64,000 nt of DNA. It comes from Haliotis rufescens (Eukaryota). The DNA lies in the NCBI RefSeq assembly GCF_023055435.1, contig NW_025964257.1:2356001-2420000 (forward strand), given 5' to 3'. Shown piece by piece: positions 12,702 to 25,681 of the stretch. The notes beneath the pieces are model-generated. The model saw only the letters and a program-made list of their open reading frames with translations. It was not told the DNA's origin and searched no databases. The position numbers were made by a program, and so were the translations under genes. Position 1 is the first letter of the stretch, and each line of letters starts with the position of its first letter.

Positions 12702-13928
12702 TACGATGGCTGGTCAAAAAGTTCTGAGCAGACTAAATTTCCTCTAAGAGCTAAACAAAGTGAACAAATCAATTGTTTAATTGAACACTGTTTGTGTTGT
12801 TCATTGCATGTGTGTCTGGTCTGTTGAGGCTGGTTGTATATGTGTGACAGCCAGTCGAACGTGATAGGGGTCCAAATTGACTCATCAAAGGGAAAGATCG
12901 AGTACCAAGCAGTCATCATGTTTTTTACCTGAAATTCATGACCACATGTTACAAGTGTATGGGGATAAGTGCGCTAGCTATACCACAGTTAAACATTAGG
13001 CAGCTATGTTTAAGGCTAACAAGATAACAAACCTTGATGATGACCCTTGGTCTACCTCAACGTACATGTACCTCTACTTACATCAATGAAGATTCAATCA
13101 AGGAGATAGGACGTATTACAACTGCTGAACTTGAGGCAGACTGAGGTCTGTGCCATGGATCCATTGAAACTATTATTCATGGATATTTACAAATGAATAA
13201 GTTCTGATTTAAAGGAAAGAGCAACTGACATTGCCAGAGAATATTTAGAGCTAACGTTGGAGGATTTCGTCAAATTCAAAAAGACATTACTAAGGGGTGA
13301 TGACACTTGGGTCTACCACTATGGTCCCTAGTCAAAACGTCAATCCATCGAATGGCTCCATTCCACTTCTCCAGCACAAAAGAAATTCAAGATCAGTGAG
13401 GAAAGTTAGAACCACTGTATTCTGGGATGCAAAGGGTGTGATCTTTGTTTATTCCAAGTCAAAGGCGATTACAGGTGCCTAATATGCTGACTTGCTTCAT
13501 TGCCTGTGAAACTCTGTCAAAAAAAGCGGAGAGGAATGCTGACTGCTGGAGTTCTACTACTTCATGACAATGCGTCTTCTAACACTTCTCCACTTGCAAA
13601 GGCTGCTGGGCGACAATCTGGGTTCGAAGAGCTTCCTCACCCTCAATATTCGCCAGACATTGCACCAGTTAATGCCACTTGTTTCCTAAACTGAAAGAAC
13701 ATCTTGGTGGAAAGTGCTATGACGACATCTATGACCTCAAAACTGCCGTGAATTATTTTTTCTGGGTGGCTTCAGAAAATGTCTTCCTGACTGGAATTGA
13801 AAACTTCACTATCGATATGAGAAGTGTATTGACAAGCAGGGAGATGATGTTGAAAAATAAAATTAAAAACACATTTACAATGGTTGGTTATGTTTGTCTG
13901 TCTTAAAACCTTTTGACCAGCCCTCGTA
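12702..13928 (+). mobile_element. Mariner-family DNA transposon, full-length but degenerate, in a gene B intron
   Basis: TIRs TA|cgatggctggtcaaaaagtt and aaccttttgaccagccctcg|TA with TA target site; broken transposase motifs GDDTWVYHY, LLLHDNA, ELPHPQYSPDIAP, FPKLKEHLGG. Confidence 0.9.
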
Positions 13929-16900
13929 TATAAGGAACTGTCTACATTTTCGTTTTGTTCCGTGTTAGATAGGAAGATAGCGATATCATCTAAGTATGAA
14001 ACCAACGAAATTTAATATGTTATCCTAATTATGTTTGGATTGATTAATATCAGAATACATTTAAGGTATGAAAATACGAAATAAAACAAGCATGAATTGA
14101 TCAAGAAATATATCATTAACCTGTCAATCATTATGTATTTGTGAACAAACAGATTGAAACATTGAAATATTGAACATATGAAAACTTATCCAAGGTCAGA
14201 TCACATTAAGGGTTCAGCTACGTTTCAAATTCACAAAGTAGAACTCAAACTTATTCCTAATGACGTAATCCTATCAGCAGCACCCATAACTATTTTATGG
14301 GACTATACATCGGAAATGGTCATTGATCAAGTCAATTACAATTTCAGTGTTATAAGTCACATTCCCAACTTGCTGTTCTTTCACTCGTACAAGTGCGGAC
14401 AGTTTATTATTCGTCATCGAATATATGTATAATCTTCAGCAAGTGTATTAATTGCCGCCTGTCTTGGTCATATAACCAGTTTCCCCACGACTTGATGAAT
14501 CAGTTCCCCAGCAACTCAAATACGCCGCTAGACTGGGTGGTAACGTGAACGTGTCTGTGTCAGTCCTGGCCTACCCCCCGCCTTCATTCACTTGGAGTAG
14601 AACCAACAGCACCAGCCGGGACCTCACTGGTTCCTCCAGCCAGGTCTCAGACATCTCAGTCACTGCCAGGCTACACCTTACTAACCTCCAGCAGCGGGAC
14701 TTTGGGGACTACAGCCTTACAGTGAGCAATCGTGTAGGCCGGTCGGTGGCATATACTGTCAGTCTAAAGGTCGAAGGTGAGCATCCAATTCTTATTCGTC
14801 CATTAAGTTTTCATATAATCCCTTATTAATAATTACTACGACTATAGCCTATTTTATCAATATACCATTTTATGTGTGTTCTGAAAGTACTAGTATGCCT
14901 TTTCACTTCATGATGTTCACTGTGAGTATCTTGATACAGAGTTTCTCAGAACAAACATATGATATAACGTTGTTTTAATAGGGCCTCCGAGGACACCTAC
15001 ACAGTTCAAATCTCTAGAAAATGTAACAACGTCTTCGGTGTGGTTGTCATGGCAACCTGGGTTCAATGGCGGACATCCCCAGTCTTTCATGCTTGAATAT
15101 CTTCAGTTTGTTACAAGAACCTGGACCGCGTACAACACGTATGATGACACTGGCAAGGTGAAAGTGGTGGAAGTGACGGGCCTAACGTCAGGAGATATTC
15201 ACCTTTTCCGTCTGCATAGTAGAAATGCCTTGTCTAACAGTTCATCTGTCGTCATTGTGGAAACTGTGACTGCTGGGGGTAATTATCACTGACGTGGGAT
15301 CTCAAATTGTCATAATCAACAACATTACATGAAGAAAAATATGTATTGAAGCATCACATACCTATTTTTAGCATGCCTGTTTTTGTTGGGGTTTTTAACG
15401 GCTCACTAAACAATGCCACAGGCAATGTTATTTAAACACCATATCTATTTGTCTGTGTGTTTTTTAGCATGTTTATCTATTTGTTGTTTGTTGCATAGCA
15501 CTGCCCTCAACAATATTTCACTTATATGGCTGTAACCTGTAAATAATCGACTCTGGATCAGAAACTGAGTGTTTGATATATAAGTAGAAGTAAGTATTGT
15601 GGTGCGTCAAAATTTCCTTGCTATGTGATATGTTGTCGTTGCAGTTTCATCGTAGAATATAAAAAGTTTAAAGTTGCAATAAGTTCAAAATGTGCTTACT
15701 TGGGTTGGAAAATGAATGTGGTAATGTTTACCGATTTACTGCAAACCAGTAAATACACGACAACCACTCGTTATACTTTGATAACGCAGATCCTACAGAC
15801 CATCAGCAACTCGATGCTACTTGTACAGAAGACATAGTGGGGTCAACTGTAGGAACTCTGCTTGTCGCCTTGTTCATTGGAGGAATTGTTGTGATGGTCC
15901 TCTACAGAAAGGGTTTCAGGTTCGGACATGCCATGAAAGGTATATTGTGTATTCTCGGTAGTATTGTAAGTAGATTGATGCAGTAGTAAAATAATGTTTG
16001 CAGTCAGAATAACATTTTATATTGACACTGCATATAGTGACGAATAATGGTGATATGTATTGAAGTGGAATAATGTTACTTACTCAGCATATCTAGTGTG
16101 GTCTAATTGATACGTCATAAAGTCGACAACAAAATATATGCATCTATACGTCAGTCCTGAGATGTTAAATATATCCTATATATATATGTCTGCTTGTAAA
16201 AGAAACGTTTACTTCTGACGCCTCTTTGTCATTTTACTTTCCATAATCTCCCTGTGCAGCATGTTCACTATACATACGATATATTCGTCATGTGTTTACT
16301 ATTCAATACAATGTAGACATTCTTCATCTTTTACAGGAACTGCATCACAAAAAAGGTATTCCGAATGAATACATATTGCATGGATTTATAGGGATTCTCT
16401 CCTTCGTGTCTTCTGATATCAGTTTCGATTAGTGCTGATCTGTTCAAGAAACACCATGCAGATATCTGTTTCACCCCCATATGTCGTTCTAAATTAATTA
16501 GTGATTGTGTACGTGCAAGGATCAATAAACTTTGCTTCCAAAAACACGACAGAGTCGCCAAAATAGGTCACCTTTTGACATAACTGACGACAGTAATAGC
16601 TGAAGTGGTGCATGCTTATCAAGTAATCACAATTGAGCAGCGATAAACTACAAATAGATAAATATAAATTGATGGAATAATGTTAATGATCCTATCTTAA
16701 TATCTTAACCTAACTGAAATGATGTGTCCTTCATGTACATGTATTTTAATGAACTTACCTGTCAACGTTTGCAGCACCAGTCGAGCTGAAGTTACAGAAA
16801 TGGACAACATTGGCTATTCTTCCTTGGGTACGTGGTCGATGATATTACTGCTAATGATCTCACACTTATATCACAGTCTCTCAGAACTGATAGAATCTGT

Positions 16901-17171
16901 ATTTGTTTTAGATGCAGTCAACACTCCGGCTCAGTACACAAGTTTGGAGGAAAAGGCACAAGATAAACAAAATTACTCACAGCTGAAGATTTATGAGAAC
17001 ACGAAAGGTAAATGAGCCGTTAACATTTATAATAGTATTGAATGTCCAGTATTGCAGTATGTTACTGTCAGATTGGTACTGACAGCATTGTAAACATCGT
17101 ACTACAACCAAATCCGAATTGAAACATGAAAATGAAAATATTACTTTCTGAAGAGTATGTATGTACACACA

Positions 17172-18578
17172 TACTCTTCAGAAAAAAGGTAAAGAAGAAA
17201 GTAAGGAATACTCGGAAACAACTTACAGATTCCAAAATTGTAAGAGGTATCAGTTTTTAGTATTACTTGTATCATTATAATGAACGAATTGTGAACATAT
17301 TACACACATGTATGACAGCCGATGCTATGACTGCCAACGAACGATCTAGAAGAACGATAGAGGTGAGATGGGAAATTTCAAAGTTGACGTTTTTGGATCA
17401 GTAGTGCGTAATACGGCCACAATTTGTCAAACATTCATTCACTCGACGAGGCATACTGCGTATGAATGTCCTTAGGGCGATTTTGGGGAGTCTGACCCAC
17501 TCCTCATGCAGGACCTGACCAAGTTCAGCCAACGTGGTTGGCGGCCTTTAATGTTGACGCGCACATGTCCCTATAATGTCCCAGACGTTTTCAATGGGGG
17601 AAAGGTCTGGATTCATTGCTAGATGTTGTGTTGCTGAAGGTGAACACTGACGATTCGTGCGCGTCGAACACGGGAGTTGTCGTCCTGAAAGCACAAACGT
17701 CGACCCACACGCCTTGCAAACGGGACAACAAAGGGTGTCAGTATGGTGTCCAGATAGTACTGTGCAGTGACCCTTCCTTGCACAATGTGTGGTGGGGTTC
17801 GGTCAGTCAAAGTGATGCCACCCCCGACACCAGAACTGATCCACAGCCAAATTCCCCATGAGGTCTCATGTTGACATTATCTTGACGAAAACATGCCACA
17901 TGACCAGCGACGATTACCCCAGTTTCGACATTGTGTACACCATTGACATCTGTTGGCAATATGACGATTTGTAAGGGGCGGCACAACACGTGGCCGCCGA
18001 GCATGGAGCATGGAGCATCTGTACGAGCATCTAATCGTCTGACCCGTAACTCGTCGCTAGAAGCCTGGTGAAAGTTTGCACCAATCTAATTTGCCGTTTG
18101 AGGTCGATTTTGTACTCTTGTCGTTGACCAGGGACTCCCTAAAGGGGTCGATCGTGAACATTTTCGGTGTGTTAATATCTGTCCCATTGTCTACTAATCA
18201 CAGACTGTGAAACATTAAACATATTGCCCGCTGCACTTTGACTTCTGCCAGTTTCCAGCATGCCAATAGCCCGTGGACGCTCCGTGTGTTGCAGATGCCT
18301 CGTCGCTATATCATACCCAAACAATGAATGAAATCAAGTTAATCACAACTGTAAGATAAGCAGAATCAATCAGATTGACAGACGTAATGAAAGTGTCACA
18401 AGCAGGAATGACAAGCTACGCACGTGTGTGGGACTACTGCCTGCGGCACCTGCAGACTATCTGATGTGTTTGGGAACAATATTTTAAAGACATGAACGGT
18501 CTTGCATAGGTCTTTGTTATAGAACTTACAATTGAGATTTAAATTTCATTATCCCCTACGTTTTAAAAGAATATGTAT
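17172..18578 (-). mobile_element. Tc1-family DNA transposon remnant in a gene B tail intron
   Basis: Minus-strand peptides VTAQYYLDTILTPFVVPF...FQDDN and PDLSPIENVWDI; degenerate TIRs catactcttcagaaaa and ttttaaaagaatatg. Confidence 0.8.
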
Positions 18579-18818
18579 ATATATATTTCATATAAACAAT
18601 CATATATCTCCCAGAAGATGCTCCAGCAGATACGAGTACCTATGAAGGCATGGCAGAGACTCCCCCTGTGACCTATGAATCCATCAACGCATCTCCGGAC
18701 CAGGACAGTGGCGGTCAACCACGTGGTAATTAATCTTTGAATCTCGTAGCACTGTGACTATCTTTAATCTTACATCATTCTCAAACTCTGTGCTTGTATG
18801 TTGTACAATCTATTCAAA

Positions 18819-18990
18819 GGGGCGGTGGTGTTGTCAAGTGGTTAAAGCGTGCGCTCGTCACGTCGAAGGCTCGGGTTCGATTCCCCACATGGTGATAATG
18901 TGTGAAGTCCGTTTAAGGTGTTCCCCGCCGTGATATTGCTGAATAATGCTAAAAGTGGCGTAAAACCATACTCACTCACTCACTCACTCA
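18819..18990 (+). mobile_element. tRNA-derived SINE, family 2 (~170 bp, (CACT)n tail)
   Basis: tRNA-like head (agtggttaaagcg...ggttcgattccc), body ccccgccgtgatattgctg, tail taaaaccatactcactcac. Confidence 0.85.
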
Positions 18991-19464
18991 TTGTATACTA
19001 GTTTGAGTTGATATCCTCCCTGTTCCAATCAAAAATAGTGATGCATGCTATGTTATTTCGTTATATTACACTGGTAAATGCTACTTATCGTTGTCTACAG
19101 TTGTTTATGCTGAATTGATTAGCAGTCTGGGAGTGTATTATTATTGACTTAATCATTGATAAGTATTGCACGTGATACAGTCAGAATCGTATAATGGATT
19201 ATAGCAGAGATTTGTCATGAATATGAAAGGGGTTTTGTTGCTTTTATTCCAAATTTTGTTGGCGTTTACGAAGGTATAATATAAAAGCTGATAAGCACAA
19301 AGTGTAAATTGTCTCAGTGGATGTATGCACAGTATAGGTATCTCATTTGTGTAAGGTGTGCACAACGGTTCTTACACCTCAATAAACGCACACAATTATA
19401 ATTTGTACCATGAATGTGAATTACTCGATTCTGATCGGTCAATCACGGTATCAATTTATTATAG

Positions 19465-19628
19465 CGAGTGAGTGAGTATGGTTTTACGCCAATTTAGCAA
19501 TGTTCCATCAATATCACGGCGGGGGACACCAGAAATGGGCTTCACACATTGTACCCATGTCAAGAATTGAACCAGGGTCTTCAGCGTGATGAGCGAACAC
19601 TTCAACAACCAGACTACCCGACCGCCCC
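19465..19628 (-). mobile_element. SINE family 2 copy
   Basis: Reverse complement of 18819-18990 (gagtgagtatggttttacgcc...atatcacggcgggggacaccagaaatgggcttcacacattgtaccc). Confidence 0.85.
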
Positions 19629-19699
19629 ACAAATGACTATAATCACCTTTCAATTGAAACAGCTGATTTGACGGTAGCACCCTGGAAGCTATTATTAAT

Positions 19700-19853
19700 A
19701 GAAAAGTTTCACCAAAGTGGTAAACGTCTGAGACCTGCATCGCCTCTGGCTTTCCTCCCACATCAAGTTTACACGCCCTTATATAACTGGGATACTGATA
19801 AAGGGGTGTTAAACCCAACTCACTCACTCACTCAATCACTCACTTACTCACAC
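19700..19853 (+). mobile_element. SINE family 1, 3' fragment
   Basis: tttcaccaaagtggtaaacgtctgagacctgcatc...ttaaacccaactcactca matches 10900-11038. Confidence 0.8.
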
Positions 19854-20544
19854 TAGTGACGAGCAGGGTTTTCTTTAGAGGAACAATGTGTACAATGCGA
19901 GTGACATATTACGATATAAAATGAATATGTTTGTACAAATATAGCACCATATTTTGTTTAAGTGATATCATCGGGGTTTCCATAATTCAGATCGACAACT
20001 CACTCAAACCATTGGATGCAACCAGTGCCGTTTCATTCAATATCATTGCTACGAACAAAGCGTTTAATATTGTCATGGTTACACATTATGTATATCTCCT
20101 GATTACCTACCTGCGTTTTACAATGTTTTCTGTTCTTTTTCAGATGCTGACTATGGAAATATCTGAAGAGGCAACAATCCATGCTATGGCATCATCTTTT
20201 CAGTAAAGGATTATTGAACACTTGATGTGGTGCTTTGCTTGGATATATACACTCATTCATACTTGTTGACTTTATCCAGAACAGAGAAACCATTCACATT
20301 TGTGTAGCTGTTGGTTCACCCACGAAAGAGAGGGATACTCAAAGCATGTTGGCTTTTGATCATGTCTGTTTACATTTAGCATTCCTCTTTCATTGTAAAA
20401 TTCAGATTACGTGAAAAGTACATGTTTACAGGATAATGTAATACAAGTCTAACTTTATATATTAGATTGATATAAAAATAGGTCAATAAAACTGTCGATC
20501 GGTTTACAGACTACGGAGTCCACATATATATATACACCTGATTT

Positions 20545-20700
20545 TTTTTCGCTTTGCTTTATGCTGATGATACAGCATTATTAGCGTCCACTGATGATGC
20601 AGAAAGAACAATTTAGAACAATTTAGATATGTTCAGTGAATACTGTCATCAATGGAAACGTGTCCGCCATATCAGTAAACAATAGATCATTGTAAACCCT
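20545..20700 (+). mobile_element. LINE reverse-transcriptase fragment
   Basis: Reads LLYADDTALLAST...NNLDMFSEYCHQWK (YADD catalytic motif). Confidence 0.7.
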
Positions 20701-22712
20701 AGATTATGCTATGTTCATAGCATTAAGTGAATAAAGTTATGTTCTGTTGTTAATCAGATTCTCAAGTTACAAGTTGTATTTTATCCTCTATCAACATTAA
20801 AAAGAATGTTGACCCCTTTAACAAATCACTATCTAGATGTATAAGCCTTCAAGTTGATTGCCCGCTGCAAGGGATTACACAGATAAGTTAATTGCCCAAT
20901 CCAGGGGAATGAGCAACACTCATTGGTAATAACTGGGCCTTGGCAGAGGGTCGACCATTCTCAGGGATAACGCAAAATGTTGACTATTGTGGTTATGAAC
21001 ACGAGATTGATGCCTATAAATATATATTGTCAGTAAAGATTTACTTTCTGAATATGAATATCACCTGACAAGTAAATCAGTGTTGTAGGAAGTGAAATGA
21101 GGTATACAGAAAAGGAGTTGGGAGAAGCATGATAGACGATATCTGCACTAATCAATATGTCAAACATGATATAAAATAAATGACATTGTTACTCTTTCAT
21201 TACATCTCAATCCAACCTATCAAAATAGGTTCCCTCACTTTAATGAGACCTCCTGTCACACGTCTTATTGTCCAACAATGGACATTTGGAATCACTACGA
21301 CACCTATTGTTGGCAATGGATATCGACAAGTCCCGGGAATGTCGTTTTGTATGCATTTATTTACGGTTGAGCAATTATAAAAAGAGAGGAGATGAACGAA
21401 ATCTAAGAAATCCTTGATAGAATGATATGTTGTTTTTTTCTATTCACGTTTTGTTAAAGGAAATATTTATATATTTATGAAGATGATTGGCCACATGACG
21501 TATTTACATATTTCTAAAAGAATTAGGATTGACATCAAAATATGTAATGGAACACATCAGCAATGGCTTGGGTGTCGCAAAGTTTACAGGTTCTCATGGG
21601 TTGCTAATAACAACAACTAAAATAATACTAGTAATAATCATCATGACAATAATAACAATATCAATTTGATTAGCAAAGAGGAAGGGTATCATTCTTTACC
21701 TCCTTAGCACAAATCCCCCAAACCCTTTACTCACAATCTTTTCTTGGATGGGCTTGAACTTATTGCCAAAGGAGGATCCCCACTGAAAAAAAAATGATTC
21801 TTCCTATCCTATTTCTAATGATATTGCAAAGTCCATTGGACTCGACAACGGCAACATCTTAATCTGAAACTTAGGGATGCAGGTAATGGACAAACAAAAT
21901 GTCCATATCAAGGAAAAACATGAAAGCATATCTGTGTCTATTTGTATACATTATATACTTAAACTATATATGTGACTGCTATTTCCTAGCTTTGTAAGAA
22001 GTTTATCTATATGAAGTGAGATAGCCATTTTGAGTGTTCATACTTTACCTTTGAGATAAATGTATGTTAACACAGAAGTCAGGTAACTGTTCTCTTTAGT
22101 TGCAAGTGGTCATGTGATGTAACATGTTCCAATTCTCTAAAGATATATATGGTGTGTACTTTCTGCATTTGAACTACTTGCAATATTTATAAAAGTGTAT
22201 GTGTGCAATGTGTGCAATGTGTATATAAGTGTGACCTTGCAGCTTGAACAACAGCTCTCTTGCAGTTTGGGAAGTCGAATAAGATGAATCCGTTGTGATG
22301 ATGGTATTCACTGGCATTGACGACAGTAATAACCAGTTAGGAAAATGCATGTCATCAATTGTACAAGTAAAGCCTGGTAACTACTTTAGGTGAGTCATGT
22401 TTATCAGAAAGCGCGTCACAGAGCTACGGTTGAAATGAATGTAATTGCGGAACTGTATCCCTTTCCTCTTAGGCGGCCTGCCAGATTGCATGAAAGAACC
22501 TGAGCTTGAAATATGCGAGGACACAATGTTACTAGTCTGTCATGTTAAAAAGTGTCAGCATTTGTTCATATAAGACATGTAACTACTTTGTTTAGTGTTC
22601 ATCTATATTCAATTATTCATGTATCTATCTTTTATAATGTGTCTTCAATACTGGAGGAAATAAAGACAGTCTATCTATTTATCATTCAGCCATTTTCTTT
22701 CGATCTAGTGAG

Positions 22713-23035
22713 ACCGCCTCTGTGGTCTAGTGGTAGAGCGTCCGCCCGGAGAGCGGAACGTCCGGGGTTTGATCCCCGCCCGTGTCATACTAAAATATGT
22801 TAAAATATGGTATTTGTTGTTACCCTGCCTGGCGTTCGGCATTAAGGGGCTAAAACAAGGGCTGGTCGGCTCAGAGTCAGTATACTGTGTCTGAGTGGGG
22901 TATTCATGTTAAACTTCGGCATGGTATCTCATTTGGCTAGCATTATCAATCGGCATAAGCCCGAACTAGTACAAGCAGCCACACACACATGCACATAAGT
23001 GCAATAATCTTGGTTATGACATTAAACCACATTTC
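22713..23035 (+). mobile_element. tRNA-derived SINE, family 3 (central gtcatac..aaaa..tggta..cctgcctggcgttcggcattaag domain, possibly Meta-SINE-like)
   Basis: tRNA-like head (gtggtctagtggtagagcgtccgcc...ggtttgatcccc); related copies at 32862-33190 (+), 39630-40025 (-), ~26960-27250 (-), ~47170-47410 (-). Confidence 0.75.
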
Positions 23036-23514
23036 AGATCCAGTTAGGATTTATATGTTTGTTTCAAATGTTAGCATGTACCTGTGATATGAATGTTGTC
23101 TACACTTACTCGGTGCACTAGGGTAATGTAAGGTCGCATCGGGTTTCAGGTTTGAATTGATGCTAGCGTCGCAGACAGCAGGCAAGATACCAGGATGGTC
23201 AAACGGATTGTTTGAATGTTTAAGAGCGATAACTCTTCGGACTTTGTAGAATGTGTTTGTGTTCAAGTCGCCGTAAAATTTGCAACTAGTAGCTAATGCA
23301 AGGGAGTGTTTCCTACATGTAACGGTGAAGAGAAATACGCCCTTTATCCACAGTAGTAACAATATGCATTTGATAATGACCTGTGATATAAACTAATTCA
23401 TTACACCTTGCTTAATTTAAAGATTTTAATAAACGCTTCCCGAGTTGACGAAATACACAATGGGACACGTTATCACTGACCTACGATATCAAGACTATGT
23501 CAGATGTACACTCT

Positions 23515-23735
23515 CATATTCTATACACTATTGCAGTTCTCAATCGTAAACTCGCAAATTAACGGTATGCTATTAAACGTTGTGTTACGTTTAGAAGGTA
23601 TACGTCATTTCAATTTGTTCTTTGTGTTCCGTCGGTATTTTCAACCGTTGACAAAGTACAAGTGCCTACGAAGAAATGACATCAGAGCATCTCCATACCG
23701 AGAAGAACAGTAGCTTGCAACTTCAAGGACACACA
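23515..23735 (+). pseudogene. Relic of a fifth paralog: A-type tail intron plus a deleted STYE/SPY tail exon
   Basis: Intron text ttctatacactattgcagttctcaatcgtaaactc...aaacgttgtgttacgtttaga parallels 3354-3445; then acaagtgcctacgaagaaatgac...atcagagcatctccatac (TSAYEEM...IRASPY). Confidence 0.7.
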
Positions 23736-24569
23736 GACACGGCTTAATGTTGTGGATAACTTATTGTAATAATTGTAATACTAATTAATCATCGTTTGTA
23801 ATAAATAGAATATCAAACTCGTTCCATGTTGGGGACAGGTTCAATAAATATGTTACTTGAGACGACAGAGGCTTAATATGGGATGGGAAGCTCGTTTATT
23901 ATCATATAATACTTACCTGTGTGGACACATTTAAGTTCAGTCATAACAAATCAAATGTAATAAAATAATCTTAATGTAAGTTATCAAGATGTATGTTCAT
24001 TGCCTGTATGTATCTAGTTTCCCTTGCTGAGGGTCTGATTCACACGAGACATATATAATGATTCACTCTTTCACACTCAGTTCATGTTTGTAAAATGAAA
24101 GTAATGCACTATAAATACCCAGTACTGGTATCACTAACGTCACCTAAAGATGTCAGCAGTCAGTATTCAAACTATCCAACTTTATAACAATAAGTATGTA
24201 TATTTTATAACTTACTGTCTATTCGTGTTACCCTGACATCGATTGCACCAGTGTATTAACTACAACACCAAATTCAATCTGAAGAGTAATATTGGGATAA
24301 TTACTTGCTATGGTTTGGTATGGTAATATGATAAATGATATTATACCTTATAAAAGGGTTTAAGCACGTTTTTGGAACGTTGATCTGTTAGTACAGATCA
24401 TACTTTATATATAAGACAAAATACCTATTCCCTTAATTTGGAAAAGGCAGCGAAATTTCATCTAGTTCTCTGACGCAATACAGTGCTATGACGTTGGACA
24501 ATGAGGTTACAACGTCAGTTTTGAAAGAATGTTACAGCTCAATAGAAGTCCATAACGATATTTCCAAGT

Positions 24570-25380
24570 ATTCAACAAAAATAATGCGTATCCTGCACCA
24601 CTGGTGGCACCCGAAGTGAAGGGATTTATGAATTTGTCGTTTCGTGTATAACACCTTATTTGATGTTAAGTTCTGCTGCATCTTTCGGCATTAAGGATCC
24701 CAAGAACGATTACGATCTTCGTTTCCAATACGGACGAATCTTCAGCGTGATAAAGGAACGCATAAACGTCCGGGTCGCAAAATCATTTTTAACAATAATA
24801 TGCTTGTGTCGTATGTTTTCGTTTAAAGGATGGTTTATAATTCTTGTAACAGTGAAATATTATCAAGCTATCGGTTAATGTAAACATGGTATGAATAGTG
24901 TTCAGTAGATGGGTGTTGTCAAAGGAAACAGACTATTGCTTCTAATAATTGGACTCTGATATATTCAATTCTTTTGAATATCATGTCGACAGTGTTTATT
25001 CGCATATTGTAAGCCAAGGTCGGTAACACGGAACCACACAGATAGCCTTTTGTATTGGTCTCGTATATTCACAGATAAGGCCTTGTGGAGACTATTCAGT
25101 TTATCGAAGGGACTTCTGGTGATTTGTGTACAATCTAATCACACACAGAGGGGTAAACTGTCAGAGTTGTCATGGCATTCGTTGGACTGCCTACCAAGGG
25201 GCACAGTATGGTGGCAGGTTCTTGCCATCTGTTTAACGGAGATGAATACTCATCATTGACTTGTCAGGTTTACAATGAAATGATGTATGAGAGGACAACA
25301 GGGTGGCATTGCATTGAGGCTCAACGCGACTGATCCACAGCATGAAATGCCATCGACCAACAAGGCGACCAGATAAAACT
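24570..25380 (-). pseudogene. Degenerate duplicated block, copy 2 of 3
   Basis: Matches 4580-5510 and 43140-43640 (e.g. caacgcgactgatccacagcatgaaatg is identical in copies 2 and 3). Confidence 0.55.
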
Positions 25381-25581
25381 ACGTTCGGATATGTGGGATG
25401 AGTGGGATATTCAAGTTAAACAGCGGCATTGCAATTGGTCAAAGTCAGCCTCATCCAAACACTGGTGCCTTCTACTTTAGCACCTTAAGTTTGGTTGGTT
25501 GGTTTTAGATAAGTATATTTTTAATGTTTACGAGCTCGGTTTTCCCCAAACCCAACAGGTGTTCAATTTTTATTAAGAATA

Positions 25582-25681
25582 AACTCACTCACTCACTCAC
25601 TCACTCACTCACTCACTCACTCACTCACTCACTCACTCACTCACTCACTCACTCACTCACTCACTCACTCACTCACTCACA
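25582..25681. repeat. (CACT)n microsatellite, about 25 units
   Basis: Pure actc run, probably an expanded SINE tail. Confidence 0.95.

Larger units (their letters stand above)
8623..20166 (+). pseudogene. Gene B: IgSF receptor SP-V-Ig-Ig-Ig-Ig-FN3-TM-multi-Tyr tail, frameshifted
   Basis: Exons 8623-8677 (SP MASLPNAATILLAVSFMK), 8806-9170 (V-set; frameshift ~8950-8960 giving TGA 8961-8963), 9522-9776, 10017-10301 (F-strand Cys to Ser, YTSTASN), 11994-12265 (7-nt deletion vs gene C), 14480-14776 (Cys-less Ig), 14982-15278 (FN3, WQPGFNGG), 15790-15939 (TM), 16337-16355, 16775-16827, 16912-17007, 18615-18725, 20144-20166 (DYGNI*). Confidence 0.8.
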
